DNA from: a virus
Lineage: Duplodnaviria > Caudoviricetes
Strand: one strand, 5' to 3'
DNA length: 52,960 nt
IMG/VR virus record: IMGVR_UViG_3300016656_000176
Coordinates: 1-52,960 of that record
This document shows positions 26,950-37,241 of the stretch, one piece after another. Position numbers and translations under genes: made by a program. The notes below the pieces were generated by a model that saw nothing but the letters and a program-made list of their open reading frames with translations, was not told the DNA's origin and searched no databases. The stretch's first letter is position 1. Every line of letters starts with the position of its first letter.

Positions 26950-28434
26950 TCAGACTGCGTACTGCAGTCGGAATTGATACTGCAGCGCAAAAACCCGCAA
27001 CTGATTCACAAGGTCAGGCGGGAACAGCACATTCAACCGGTTCGGGTTGGTGGCAGAACGCTCGACCACCAGGTACGCGTCGAAGGCCTCGGCGTTTTCG
27101 ACAATACCCAGGCGCTCCAGCGCGTAATACGCGGCGCTCAGTTCACCGCGGATCACGTTCGGCGTCACGATGGCCTGCCCTGCACCAAAGCGCGTGCCGT
27201 CATTGGCCAGCTTGTGACGGCCGTATTTGCTGGTCACGACCGACTTTAGGTAGCTGATCACATACGCAGACTGGTGCAACGTCTCGCTGTCCAGGTAGGA
27301 ATCATCGGGCTGATCAAACGCATTACGCTGATAGCTGGTGATCCCGCGCTCGATGCGCTGCGCGCCACCACCGTAGAACGCCGTTGCAACACCGTGGGTC
27401 AGCAGTGATTGGCGCTCCGTCAGAGTGAAACGCTCACCGGCCGGGGCCGGTGTAATCCCGGTCATCTCGCCAGTCTGGGTCGGTCGGGCCGGATCAGCGG
27501 AAATAAACACCGCCGTCCGGGCCGCGTAGGCCGCTGCCACACGCCAAAATGGATCAGGGCAGCCCACCTCAAAGCCATGAATGGTGGCATGCTGATCGTT
27601 ACGCGTAACGCCGAAAGCCACCAGTTGCCCAAGCGTCCCGCGCTTGGCGGTGTACAGATGGCCATACAGTTGCTTGGCCCAGCTCCAGCGCCCAGTGGAG
27701 TCGTCCATGAACGATTTCCAGGCATCGAGCGACGCGGCATCAGTCCACGGCGCACAGATGAATTCAAAGGGCTCATCGCCCAGCGTGGCCAGTGCCTCAG
27801 CCACTTCCGGGGAGCCGGCACCCTGCGCCATAGCTGCCAGCGTCACGGTCAAGCCTGCCGGTGTAGCCTCGCCGTTATTGCGGCCGAGGCGGTTGAGCTG
27901 CAGCGCAATATCATTGCCGCTCTCGCCTGACCACTTGCACGTCAGCGTCACGACACCCAATGCATTGGTCGCCACCACCGGAAGGCCGGCCGCATTAACC
28001 GCCGCTACCACAGCTGCAGCCACCTCGGTTGGTGTCGCCCCGTTGACCACCACAGCGCGCACCCGGGCTCCCGCCACATACAGATTCAACACGCCCGCTT
28101 CGGTGGCTGCGCCGGCGATGGTCACAGTTCCCTTGGCCTTGGCGCCCTCACCCTTTACCGGCAGACACCAGACTTCTCCTGCAGGATCGATACGGCGCCA
28201 TGTGTCGTACATCTGCGCAAGCATCGAGCCCGAACCGCCAATGTTGACCGCCAGGCTGACGCTAGATACCAGCGTCAGCTTGCCCACTTCATCAGCGGTT
28301 GAATCATCGTTCACCTGAGCCACGATCAGGCGCGGCATGCTCGACGTGGCACTGTTCGCTTGGCTGTTATCAACCTCGGCATAAAACAGCGGCACCCGAA
28401 TATCACCGGGGATATTGTTAAAGCTCACGCTCAT
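26950..28434 (-). CDS. Tail sheath protein (Mu gpL-like)
   Basis: VPLFYAEVDNS...PDLVNQLRVFA. Confidence 0.92.
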   Translation of the reverse strand: MSVSFNNIPGDIRVPLFYAEVDNSQANSATSSMPRLIVAQVNDDSTADEVGKLTLVSSVSLAVNIGGSGSMLAQMYDTWRRIDPAGEVWCLPVKGEGAKAKGTVTIAGAATEAGVLNLYVAGARVRAVVVNGATPTEVAAAVVAAVNAAGLPVVATNALGVVTLTCKWSGESGNDIALQLNRLGRNNGEATPAGLTVTLAAMAQGAGSPEVAEALATLGDEPFEFICAPWTDAASLDAWKSFMDDSTGRWSWAKQLYGHLYTAKRGTLGQLVAFGVTRNDQHATIHGFEVGCPDPFWRVAAAYAARTAVFISADPARPTQTGEMTGITPAPAGERFTLTERQSLLTHGVATAFYGGGAQRIERGITSYQRNAFDQPDDSYLDSETLHQSAYVISYLKSVVTSKYGRHKLANDGTRFGAGQAIVTPNVIRGELSAAYYALERLGIVENAEAFDAYLVVERSATNPNRLNVLFPPDLVNQLRVFALQYQFRLQYAV

Positions 28435-28649
28435 CAGGTCTTACTCCCCTTAACGGCCTTGGGTACGACCAGTTCCGCCGCCGGTGCTTCTTCCGGCGCT
28501 TCGGGCTTGATCACGTCTTGATCCTTCAACCGACGCTGCCAGTAGGCATTGTTCGGCACCAACCCGCCTTCCTTGGGCAACAACTGGTAGCCCTTCTCCG
28601 GGTCAGGAACGGCCCGGCCCTCGACCGGCTTCACATAGATTCGCGTCAC
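28434..28649 (-). CDS. DUF2635 (Mu gp38-like) protein
   Basis: VKPVEGRAVPDP...YWQRRLKDQDV. Confidence 0.8.
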   Translation of the reverse strand: MTRIYVKPVEGRAVPDPEKGYQLLPKEGGLVPNNAYWQRRLKDQDVIKPEAPEEAPAAELVVPKAVKGSKT

Positions 28650-29248
28650 TGGGGTAAATCCTCGCGCGTTTGAAATTCGACACGACCGTCAGGGCGGCCG
28701 CTCTTGGAAAGGTTTTTATCGTTTAAGGGGTCGATAAAGTCGTAATCGATGTTCAGCCCCTCCAGCGGCGGCAAGCCATCCGCTTCGCGCTCCTGCCAAG
28801 TCTCTGCAGGATCAGTAGCGCGGTTACGGCCCAACTGAAAAGCCGTCACAAACGAGAACCGATAGACCGCCTTGTCTCGGCTGTTAAGCAGCATTTCCCG
28901 GCCGGTGTATTCAATCGGGTCGTAGTCAGGATCAGGCGAGAACCCCACCAGAGCGCGGCACAACTCTTTGCGCACGGCGTCCACCAGATCCCCAACCGCC
29001 AATCCGCGCTCGTCGCCAGAGCGCTGCGGAAACACCACGCATACGTCAAACTCTTCGCTAACGTCCTGTACAACTTTGTTTTGCGCTTCTGAAGGGTCGG
29101 CGTGTTCGTCAGTCAGCACCAAATAAGCCGCGAGGCCTTTCAGGTTTGAACTGCGCTCGATGCTTTCCCAATCAATTCCACCGGAAACACCATTGGTGAA
29201 ACTGGGGCAGTTCGCTCGTAAGTGCATGACTAGGGGCGTTACTTGCAT
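28646..29248 (-). CDS. Tail terminator/completion protein
   Basis: Position and size. Confidence 0.65.
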   Translation of the reverse strand: MQVTPLVMHLRANCPSFTNGVSGGIDWESIERSSNLKGLAAYLVLTDEHADPSEAQNKVVQDVSEEFDVCVVFPQRSGDERGLAVGDLVDAVRKELCRALVGFSPDPDYDPIEYTGREMLLNSRDKAVYRFSFVTAFQLGRNRATDPAETWQEREADGLPPLEGLNIDYDFIDPLNDKNLSKSGRPDGRVEFQTREDLPQ

Positions 29249-29290
29249 AAAATCACCCGCAACAAAAAACCCGCACGGGGCGGGCTTTTA

Positions 29291-29764
29291 TTAATTAAGA
29301 CTGCTGGCAAAAGCACTCTGCAAGATGGCGACAATCCGGTCATTGCTCTTTTGCAGCGCGTCTTCCATGAAGTTTTTACGGGGCGCAATCCGCCAGCCGC
29401 GCCCGCGATCCGCTTGCCGGCGATGGCCTCGCGTGCGCGTGGCTCCGTTCCTGACGCCATAGTGCAAGTAAGCCGGGTAGTACGCTTTCATGCCGGCAGT
29501 CTTGTCCGGCATGATCCGTACCAGGAACCCCGACTTACTGACCCTCGGTTTAATCGACTTGGTAAGTTGACCGGTTCGCTGCGCGGGATAACCGTCCTCA
29601 GAGCTGCGCGTCTTGGCCTTGCCCGTGAGCTTGCGCGCCTCCTTTTGCACCAACCGCCCGACCTTGTTGAAACCCTTGCGGATCTCCCGCTTGTCGAAGT
29701 CCAGCCGCGAAAACGAGTCAGCCCCTTCAAAGTGCAAGTAGGCCGATAGACGTGGTTCTGTCAT
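29291..29764 (-). CDS. Neck protein (HK97 gp10-like)
   Basis: RTGQLTKSI...YLHYG. Confidence 0.65.
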   Translation of the reverse strand: MTEPRLSAYLHFEGADSFSRLDFDKREIRKGFNKVGRLVQKEARKLTGKAKTRSSEDGYPAQRTGQLTKSIKPRVSKSGFLVRIMPDKTAGMKAYYPAYLHYGVRNGATRTRGHRRQADRGRGWRIAPRKNFMEDALQKSNDRIVAILQSAFASSLN

Positions 29765-30099
29765 AACTCTTCTACCTCCAGCACCGTAAAGCGACGCTTG
29801 CCGTTGAGGTGCGAGCTACGCCGAACCCGGTAAACCGTGGCGCTCTCGCCGTCCCCCACTACCACCTCCCAATCTCGGGTGATGCCGTTACGGTAACGAA
29901 TGGTGATTCGATGGGTCAGGATGCTGTCAGCCTGAACACTGCCCGAGTACAGCGCGCTGCCTACGGGCTCGAGCTTGGCCCACGTCTGTTTCTGGACAGG
30001 AAAGCTCGACTCCAGATCAGCATTGGCCATGTTCGGCTGGTCGTCCCGATGCCGCAGCGTGACCCGTGTATCCAGCTCGCCAATGGCAGGTTCATTCAT
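29761..30099 (-). CDS. Head closure / head-tail adaptor
   Basis: IGELDTRVTL...THRITIRYR. Confidence 0.8.
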   Translation of the reverse strand: MNEPAIGELDTRVTLRHRDDQPNMANADLESSFPVQKQTWAKLEPVGSALYSGSVQADSILTHRITIRYRNGITRDWEVVVGDGESATVYRVRRSSHLNGKRRFTVLEVEEL

Positions 30100-30419
30100 A
30101 ACGTGAACCAACGGTGAGGCCCCAACAGCGCATCCACGGCCAGAGGAAGCACCTTCATCCCGGCCACCTCACTGGCGGCCTCTCGATGCTCGTACCAGTG
30201 CGCAACCAACAACAGCATGGCCAAACGCACGTCATCATCCAGCAGCAGGACGTTTTCGGCGGCGCCTTCTGGCAACTCATCCGCCTCAACAAACAGGCGC
30301 CCGGTTTTGTTTTGAGCCAGCTTCCAGGCCGCATTCCCGTAGGCCTGCAGCAGGGTGTCTTCGCCGGTATGGTCGTCATCAAGGCGCAGATGCACCTTGA
30401 TCAAAGAAAGATCCAGCAT
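30096..30419 (-). CDS. Head-tail connector (gp6-like)
   Basis: IKVHLRLD...LLLVAHWYEHRE. Confidence 0.88.
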   Translation of the reverse strand: MLDLSLIKVHLRLDDDHTGEDTLLQAYGNAAWKLAQNKTGRLFVEADELPEGAAENVLLLDDDVRLAMLLLVAHWYEHREAASEVAGMKVLPLAVDALLGPHRWFTL

Positions 30420-30457
30420 CAGCGCACAGGGGCCGCTTGCGCGGCCCCGCCTCATGG

Positions 30458-31684
30458 TTAGGCCGACTTACCTTCCAGAGCCTTGATGGCCGCCGAATCC
30501 TGCAGCACGCAGCCAAAGCGGTGGAAGGCCAGAAAGCCGGTCTGGTCAAATTCAGAGAAACGCTCAACCAGTCGCTTCAAGGCCATGTAACGCACGCGGC
30601 GCACAATGAACTGCGAGAAGTCACCGCCAAACATGAATTTTTTGCCCGCACCGATGCTGGCAATCGCCTGATCAATGACGTAGCTCTGCTTGAGGATGGT
30701 GGCCGGGCGAGCAGCATCAATGCCGGGCAGCCACAGCGGACGGTTATTGCCATCGACCATTTCTTCAATGGTTTGCAAAGTGCTGTCATTGAAGGCCAGA
30801 CGGAACTGCGGCGCACTGCGGTAGGCCGGGTCAATGCTGTGGATCAGTCCGTTGATTTCCTGCCAGCTCAACTTGTCGGCTGCTGCTGTCACTTTGCCGA
30901 CGCCCACAGACGCCTCCAGACCCAACGGTTGCTGAGGGTTGCCAGCGCCGGTTCCCTTGACCAGGTACACCGATTCACCACGCCCCAGGCGCGAAGCGAT
31001 ACGGTTGGACAGGAAGGCTTCCATGTCGATACCCGAATCCGCCAACAGCTCATTGGGCACGCGGATAATTTTCGACGACAGCTTGTGAGCACCGAGGGTG
31101 CCGGTACCGAACTCGACATCACCTTCACTGGTGGCCGTGTTCTCGCCCAGCAGCTCACCGATTTCCTCGGTGCCGTCGCTGGTCGCCCATTCGATGGGGT
31201 TGCCCGCATCAGTGGTCAGCAGCTGCGCCACCGAGGCAATACCGCCATAGGCTTTCATGCGTTCGAAAACCTGATTAAGCAGGGTGGTCGGTACGGTATA
31301 GCCGCCCTTGTCACCCTGCGCAGAAGACTGGGCGCGCATTTCCTGCAGCACCTGCCGCTCTTCCACGCTTAGTTCACCCAGGCCGCGACGCACAAAGGCG
31401 TCAAACGCTGCAGCGCGCTGCTCATCGACAGACAGCTCACCGTTTTCGCGGCGCTGCTGGTCGGTCAGATCATTCTGGCGACCCTCGACAAACGACTGAT
31501 CGTTAGAGCGCAACTGTTCCTGACGCTCGATTTGCTCCAGGAGCAGCTTGTGCCCGCTGCGCATTTCGTTCCACTTGGAACGCTGCTCGCCGGTCATCAT
31601 TTCCCCTTCGGGAATGCTGTCATTTAGGTTGCGCATTTCGAGCGCCAGGGCAGCGGCTTTTTGTTGCAGTTCAAGCAAAGTCAT
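30458..31684 (-). CDS. Major capsid protein, HK97 fold
   Basis: Coiled-coil delta domain; GGYTVP. Confidence 0.92.
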   Translation of the reverse strand: MTLLELQQKAAALALEMRNLNDSIPEGEMMTGEQRSKWNEMRSGHKLLLEQIERQEQLRSNDQSFVEGRQNDLTDQQRRENGELSVDEQRAAAFDAFVRRGLGELSVEERQVLQEMRAQSSAQGDKGGYTVPTTLLNQVFERMKAYGGIASVAQLLTTDAGNPIEWATSDGTEEIGELLGENTATSEGDVEFGTGTLGAHKLSSKIIRVPNELLADSGIDMEAFLSNRIASRLGRGESVYLVKGTGAGNPQQPLGLEASVGVGKVTAAADKLSWQEINGLIHSIDPAYRSAPQFRLAFNDSTLQTIEEMVDGNNRPLWLPGIDAARPATILKQSYVIDQAIASIGAGKKFMFGGDFSQFIVRRVRYMALKRLVERFSEFDQTGFLAFHRFGCVLQDSAAIKALEGKSA

Positions 31685-31701
31685 ACAGTGTCTCTCCGCG
31701 C

Positions 31702-32313
31702 TCAAGCGCCTAAGATTTCGAGTTCACGCAAACGGGCGTCGCGTTCGTTGATCGCGCGGCCGGGCTTGGCCTCGTCGCGCTGCTGCTTCCAGGCGTCCAT
31801 CGAGCGCTGGCCGGCTGTTGCATCTGGATAAGCGGGAAAGGCCACCGGCCCCACGTCCCGCAGTTCGGAGATGCGGCGAATCGTTCTCACGATCACGTCG
31901 CCCTCTTGGCGCCATTCGTCTTCCGCAACGAGCATGGTGAAACTGCTGCCGGTCATGTCACCGCGCATCAGCGGGGTCATCACCAAATCACGCACGGTCT
32001 GCGTGTCCGGCAGATCGATCTCGTAGTGCAAACCACGACTATCCAGCGACAGCTTCAACGTGCCGCTTTTAGTCCGGCCCAGCAGGTAGTTCGGGTTATG
32101 GTTGAACAACGCCCGAACGTCCTGCGTCATCACGCCGTCAAAGGCGCCCGGGGCGATTTCTTCAATAAACGAGCCGCCCAACAGATCGCTGCGCATGTTG
32201 AATACAGCGGCGTAGCCACCGATCTTTGGCGGGCCACTTTCACCCTCGGCGGGCTGAATAGCGCGCAGCTCGCATTGCTGCGCAAGCAAAGTGCGCAGTT
32301 CAAATTGGCTCAT
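31702..32313 (-). CDS. Prohead protease, HK97 family
   Basis: GYAAVFN...ALFNH...PAYPD. Confidence 0.92.
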   Translation of the reverse strand: MSQFELRTLLAQQCELRAIQPAEGESGPPKIGGYAAVFNMRSDLLGGSFIEEIAPGAFDGVMTQDVRALFNHNPNYLLGRTKSGTLKLSLDSRGLHYEIDLPDTQTVRDLVMTPLMRGDMTGSSFTMLVAEDEWRQEGDVIVRTIRRISELRDVGPVAFPAYPDATAGQRSMDAWKQQRDEAKPGRAINERDARLRELEILGA

Positions 32314-32317
32314 TGGG

Positions 32318-33541
32318 TTATTCCTTCGTTACGGGTAACGGATAGCCGTCAGGCCCAAGCAATCGGGAGTTGACGTTGATCAACATGGTGTCGAGCCCTG
32401 GAATCGGATTCAGGTCTTCAAAGACGCGCACTTCATTGCGGTGCATCCAGCCGTCTTGAATAGCGATGTGGTAGAAATCGGCCCGCTCTTTCGGCGTGCC
32501 GCGCAACAGTCCGGCCAGATTGAACTTGATGTAGTAACCGGCTTTGCGCTCTGCCCGGGTAAACACCCGGCGGTTGAGTTCCTGCTCCCAGTTCTGCACC
32601 CAGGGCATCATGGTGTGCACAACAAACTGAATGGACTGCTCGCTGATGTTGGAGAAGGTCGCCTTCTCCAAGTCGTTGATCATGTGTGCTGGCACGTTGA
32701 ATAACCCGGCAATCTCCGAGCGGGTCATCTTGCGGGTGTCCAGAAACTGGGCATCCTCCGGGGCAATGGTCAGCGCCTTGTAATCCAGGTCGGCCGGCAA
32801 CAGCAGCGTCTTGTTTTCAGACTGCCGCAAGCGTGAAACCGCTGTCGCCCAAGCACTTTTCAGACGCGCCCAACTGGTATCGGTCAGCGCCGTCTTGGCC
32901 GTCACAAGACCAGTTGGCCGGCCGCCACCTTCGAAGAACTCACGGCCGTAGTTCACGGCGGCTAGCCCCAGGCCGATGGTGTCCGCGTGCTGACGGATAA
33001 TGCTGACGCCCGTCTTGCCGTTGGAGCCAAGAGCCCGCACATGGGCCATATCCTCAATGGCCACCGCCAACGGATAGCCGTCATCGTCTTGCGTCGCGTA
33101 CAGCCAGCGGTTTCCGTTCTGTACCAATGAGGTGCGTTGCGGAAGGTGCGTTTCAATACTGACCAGCTCACCGCGCTTACTGCGCACCATACGGCTGTAA
33201 CCGTTGCCCCAGCCCAGCACATGGTGTTGCTTGGTTTCCCGCCACTTGTAGGAGGTCTGCCAGCGGTTGGGCTCATCGTGCAACAGGTAGTAAGCGGCAT
33301 GATCGGAACCCGCCTCAATCCGGTCACCGACTTTGCGCATCACCACCAACGGCAACTGCGCCAAGGAACTGGACAGGACATAGACACACGAATAAACCGC
33401 CGCCAGTTTCAGGGCCGTTTCAGGATTGACCAGAACCCCCTGACGCTCCCCCATCCATTCAGACAGTTCCTCACCACTCAACGGCCGGGATGGGTTTTCC
33501 ATACTGCGCGACTCCCGGGCGCCCAATACATCAAAGATCAT
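32318..33541 (-). CDS. Portal protein, HK97 family
   Basis: AVYSCV...DAQFLDTR...FSNISEQ. Confidence 0.92.
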   Translation of the reverse strand: MIFDVLGARESRSMENPSRPLSGEELSEWMGERQGVLVNPETALKLAAVYSCVYVLSSSLAQLPLVVMRKVGDRIEAGSDHAAYYLLHDEPNRWQTSYKWRETKQHHVLGWGNGYSRMVRSKRGELVSIETHLPQRTSLVQNGNRWLYATQDDDGYPLAVAIEDMAHVRALGSNGKTGVSIIRQHADTIGLGLAAVNYGREFFEGGGRPTGLVTAKTALTDTSWARLKSAWATAVSRLRQSENKTLLLPADLDYKALTIAPEDAQFLDTRKMTRSEIAGLFNVPAHMINDLEKATFSNISEQSIQFVVHTMMPWVQNWEQELNRRVFTRAERKAGYYIKFNLAGLLRGTPKERADFYHIAIQDGWMHRNEVRVFEDLNPIPGLDTMLINVNSRLLGPDGYPLPVTKE

Positions 33542-33702
33542 GGGCCACCAGCCTTCAGGCGCATGCCTGCCAGAAAACCACCCACCATCAGCAGCACTCC
33601 ACCAACGGCAAGGGCCACGCCCGGGCCATACAGCAAGAGCAGCCCGCTAACGAGCAGGCAAAGCCCTGCCGTCCCGAGCAAATCAGGAAGCATCTTTTTC
33701 AT
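33538..33702 (-). CDS. Small membrane protein between terL and portal
   Basis: 54 aa, MKKMLPDLLGTAGLCLLVSG; overlaps the portal start. Confidence 0.6.
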   Translation of the reverse strand: MKKMLPDLLGTAGLCLLVSGLLLLYGPGVALAVGGVLLMVGGFLAGMRLKAGGP

Positions 33703-33706
33703 AGGT

Positions 33707-35410
33707 TTATCCGACTAAGAGGTCATCGTCCTCAAGGGTGTCGAGCACGGAAGGTGCTACACCATCCGCCAACAGGGCGCGGCTCATGGCCATAAGAATG
33801 GCCACCATGCCGTCAATTTTTTTAGAGCTGCTTTCCTTGGTCGGAGTAATGCAGCCCTTGAACTCATGGGCCACCACGTTGCTGGCCATCCAGGCCAGCA
33901 CCGGGTCGCCGTTATGCCGAACACGCCCCGAGACCAAAGCGGCCTCCAATTCGCGCATAGCCAAGTTCATCGTCTGGATACCGCCGCCAACCTCAACCAC
34001 TTCGGCGCCATCTTTCATCAACTGGTGCGCAAGCTGCGTAGCCCGCCACTTGTCGTAGGCGATTTCTTCAACCTGATGATCGACGCCGATGGCCTTGGCA
34101 TCCTCGCGGATAACGTCAAAGTCCAACTCCTCACCATCGGTCGTGATCAAGTGCCCCTCATTCACCCAGCGCTCATAAGCGTCCTGATTGGGGCCATCAC
34201 CCTGCACCGCCCCTTCGGGCAGATAGTGCCGGTTGAATAACGTCCACAGGTCGCGGCCGGCGGCATCCTTCTCGCGGAACACCAGGGCAATGTCGGCAAT
34301 GTCGCACTTGCTGGCCAAGTCAACGCCGAGGTAGCAGCGCTTGCCGAGCATGTCATCCAGACTCAGATTGCTATCCGTCGCCTGATCCCAATGCAACTGG
34401 TTAAGCCAAGCCCTCTTCGCGTTCACCCACAAGTTGCAATGCTTGGTCTTGAATGCGTTCTGCCGTGACGGGTAACGGATGGCATCCGCCAAACTTCGCT
34501 GCAAGTTCTCCGGAAAAATGGACACCCCATAGTTAGGGTTGGCCTTCTTCAACACCTGCAGCTCGCGCCAGTCGTCTTGCTCGTCCAGCGTGTAGATCAG
34601 TCCGAACAGCTCATCATTGGCCACGCTGTTTTCCAGCATCGCGCATATCTGCTTGCGCTTCTCGTAGCACGGCCCGGCGATGTTCGACCCAGCGGTGGTG
34701 ATGGTAAAAATCAGCGGCTGCTCTCGGGCGCCCATGCCGGTCAACATGGTTTCGTAGAGGGCATCGCTCTCATGTTCGTGGTACTCATCCACCAGCGAGC
34801 AACTGGGCGATGAGCCGTCGCCAGGGTCGCCAATGATCGGCTCTAGGCGGCTACCATCGTCAGGTAGGGCCAAGCTGCGGGCATGAATTTCGACACCGGC
34901 GGCCTCGACCAGATCCGGCGTTTTAAGCATCATCAAACGCGCCGGCCTGAACACTTCCCACGCTTGTTTCTCCGTGGTCGCTCCGCAATACACCTCGGCG
35001 CCATACTCTCCATCGGCGCATAGCATATAGAGCCCAATACCTGCAGCGACGACGCTCTTGCCGTTCTTGCGAGGAATCTCGCAATACACCTCACGGAAAC
35101 GACGTAGGCCGTTTTTCTTGCTGACCCAGCCAAAGACAGAGCAGAAGATGAACAACTGCCAGGGCTCCAGCTTGATCAGGCGTCGCTCCCGAGCCCACTT
35201 GCCTTTGGTGTGCGGCAGCAACTGGACAAAGGCGCAGACCCGTTCAGCTTGGGCCTTGTCGAACTTCCATTTGAAGCTCCGGGCCTTGCTGGCCTCCAAG
35301 TCGTCCAAGTGTCGTTTACAAGCCAACCGAACCCACTTGCATGCATCGATCTTGCCGGCCACCACGTTGCGGGCGTACCTGTTCGCCGCGTTGACGCTGA
35401 CATTGGCCAT
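33707..35410 (-). CDS. terL: Terminase large subunit
   Basis: PRKNGKS Walker A, VDEYH Walker B, KIDGMVA. Confidence 0.95.
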   Translation of the reverse strand: MANVSVNAANRYARNVVAGKIDACKWVRLACKRHLDDLEASKARSFKWKFDKAQAERVCAFVQLLPHTKGKWARERRLIKLEPWQLFIFCSVFGWVSKKNGLRRFREVYCEIPRKNGKSVVAAGIGLYMLCADGEYGAEVYCGATTEKQAWEVFRPARLMMLKTPDLVEAAGVEIHARSLALPDDGSRLEPIIGDPGDGSSPSCSLVDEYHEHESDALYETMLTGMGAREQPLIFTITTAGSNIAGPCYEKRKQICAMLENSVANDELFGLIYTLDEQDDWRELQVLKKANPNYGVSIFPENLQRSLADAIRYPSRQNAFKTKHCNLWVNAKRAWLNQLHWDQATDSNLSLDDMLGKRCYLGVDLASKCDIADIALVFREKDAAGRDLWTLFNRHYLPEGAVQGDGPNQDAYERWVNEGHLITTDGEELDFDVIREDAKAIGVDHQVEEIAYDKWRATQLAHQLMKDGAEVVEVGGGIQTMNLAMRELEAALVSGRVRHNGDPVLAWMASNVVAHEFKGCITPTKESSSKKIDGMVAILMAMSRALLADGVAPSVLDTLEDDDLLVG

Positions 35411-35413
35411 GGA

Positions 35414-35902
35414 TCAATTCCCGCGCTTGCCCCCGAGGATCGCGGAAAAGGCATTTGATTTTTTGGACTTGGGCACGACCAACCGCGCCCGGCTTGCAGG
35501 GTCCAGTCCCAGGGCTGCGCCGTAGCTGGTCATTTGCCGCATGGCCTCGTTGGCCACCGTGCAGGCGGGGTTCTTCACTCGACCCATGGCTGTGCGGATG
35601 GTGATGCCGTTTTGCATAACGTCCTTCTCCGCTTCACGCCACCGGCTGTAAGCCAGGCAGAACCCTTCCAACACATGCAGGTCGGTCAAGGTCAGCACCT
35701 TGGCGTCGATCAGTTCAGGGGCTAGCTTGTCCCACATGACACCGGCGTAGTCGCTCATCCAGTCCGGCGCGGGCGGCGCGATCAGCAGCGTCGAGTAGTC
35801 CGGTTCGGCGTCGTTGAGCTTTCGTTTTCCCGGATTACCGGCCGCACGCTTTTGGGCGGTCGGCTTGGGTTTCCGGCCTCCACCAGGGGCACGCGTTGCC
35901 AT
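35414..35902 (-). CDS. terS: Terminase small subunit, P27 family
   Basis: GRKPKPT...NPA...GLDPASR. Confidence 0.9.
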   Translation of the reverse strand: MATRAPGGGRKPKPTAQKRAAGNPGKRKLNDAEPDYSTLLIAPPAPDWMSDYAGVMWDKLAPELIDAKVLTLTDLHVLEGFCLAYSRWREAEKDVMQNGITIRTAMGRVKNPACTVANEAMRQMTSYGAALGLDPASRARLVVPKSKKSNAFSAILGGKRGN

Positions 35903-35939
35903 GAATTTTTCCGTTTTGGTTGGCGGGCCACCCCGATTT

Positions 35940-36050
35940 CCGGGCGTACCCTGATTTTTTTATTTCGCGGTCGCGTGAAAGAGGCTGGGCGAGCGGTGGA
36001 GACGGGGTAAGCCTCCAGAGATTTACCCCGCCCCCCCTTTTCGGGGCAGA
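35940..36050. other. Putative cos region
   Basis: Between HNH and terS; candidate cosN GGGCGAGCGG at 35987-35996 (inferred from position only). Confidence 0.45.
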
Positions 36051-36170
36051 AATTTTCAAAAACACAAGAAATTTTTGAATTTTTTTCAAGTTTTTTTGCA
36101 GATTTTTGGAGAAATTTCAAGATTTTTAACGAAAATACAAGAAGTTTTTGAGGATTTATCGCCATTTTCT
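36050..36170. repeat. Helically phased T/A tracts (bent DNA)
   Basis: T runs at ~10-bp spacing. Confidence 0.7.
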
Positions 36171-36182
36171 TGGCGCATTTCT

Positions 36183-36545
36183 TCAGCGCCGAGCCGCCGC
36201 AGACTCTCTTTGCGTTTTTAGCTTGTGACAATCGCTGTTTATGGCCATCAAATTCGAATAATCATCAGTTCCGCCCAGCGATTTAGGTGTTATGTGATCA
36301 ACTTCTGATGCTGGGTAGCGATAACCCTTACATCCATCGCACTGACAAAGGTAACGAGCGCGCTTAAGAACCACCGAGCGCTTCTTGCGCCACTCCCAGT
36401 CATAACCGCGCTGCTCAGCAGTGCCCCGATCAGGACTGGTCCAGCCCGTGGAAAGGTGCGCGTGGTCATCACAATAGCCGTGCTTACTCTGCGTCTTGCC
36501 CGGGCACATCGGTGCGCGGCACGGACGCTTGGCCTTTGGCGGCAT
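36183..36545 (-). CDS. HNH endonuclease (packaging cofactor)
   Basis: EVDHITP...GG...NL...CH. Confidence 0.88.
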   Translation of the reverse strand: MPPKAKRPCRAPMCPGKTQSKHGYCDDHAHLSTGWTSPDRGTAEQRGYDWEWRKKRSVVLKRARYLCQCDGCKGYRYPASEVDHITPKSLGGTDDYSNLMAINSDCHKLKTQRESAAARR

Positions 36546-36807
36546 TGGTCATTACTCCTTGCTTTCCGATGCACGCTTGCACTTGCGCGGCACAACTGGT
36601 GAGCGCGGCCTCTGTCTCATCCAAGGCCAGCACCCAATCCTCGTTAACGATCAGAGCCGGCCGACCCGGAAGTAGGCACAAGGTCAGCTCGCACACCGGC
36701 GGCGCCGGCTCGATACTCAACAGGGTCGGTTGTTTCGGTTCGGGCGTAGCGCAAGCCGAGAGCACCAGGCACAGGGCTGGCCAGATAAGCCGTGATTTGT
36801 TCATCAC
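36484..36807 (-). CDS. Outer-membrane spanin lipoprotein (Rz1/LysC-like)
   Basis: Lipobox LSAC; overlaps the i-spanin. Confidence 0.75.
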   Translation of the reverse strand: MMNKSRLIWPALCLVLSACATPEPKQPTLLSIEPAPPVCELTLCLLPGRPALIVNEDWVLALDETEAALTSCAAQVQACIGKQGVMTNAAKGQASVPRTDVPGQDAE

Positions 36808-37099
36808 TTCGTTTCAACTCCGCAAGGCTTCGGTTTATATGAGCAGTCTGTCCAGCCAGCGTGGACTGGGCTTGATTAAGCCGCGTGTTCATCTCGCTCA
36901 AGACCGTCCTGATCGCTGACTGATCGCGCAAGGCGATGGCCAGTCCAGCGACGTGAGCCCTCTGCACTTCAAGCTCATCGGCAAGGCTCGCGCTCTCCTG
37001 CTGCGCCTGCTTCTTGACCTGAACAGAGTGATCGGCAACCCACAGCGACAGCACGACAACAAGGCCGCCAACGGCAGCCACCAACGGGTTAAGGGACAT
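36644..37099 (-). CDS. Inner-membrane spanin (Rz/LysB-like)
   Basis: N-terminal TM plus coiled coil. Confidence 0.75.
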   Translation of the reverse strand: MSLNPLVAAVGGLVVVLSLWVADHSVQVKKQAQQESASLADELEVQRAHVAGLAIALRDQSAIRTVLSEMNTRLNQAQSTLAGQTAHINRSLAELKRSDEQITAYLASPVPGALGLRYARTETTDPVEYRAGAAGVRADLVPTSGSAGSDR

Positions 37100-37241
37100 G
37101 AACAGCCTCCAGCACAAAGCCAGGACGAAAGTAGGCAGATAGCCACGCAATAAAGTCTGCCGGGGAATCACCATTCATATCCAGAACGGTGGCCGTGCGA
37201 CCATCGGCAAAGCGGACCAAATAACGCTGAACCCCACTCAC
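37089..37241 (-). CDS. 50-aa hypothetical protein in the lysis cassette
   Basis: GTGA overlap with the endolysin stop. Confidence 0.5.
   Translation of the reverse strand: MSGVQRYLVRFADGRTATVLDMNGDSPADFIAWLSAYFRPGFVLEAVHVP

Noticed and set aside
35782-36231. 149-aa ORF across the cos region
   Set aside because: Lys-rich by-product of phased A-tracts; overlaps terS and HNH
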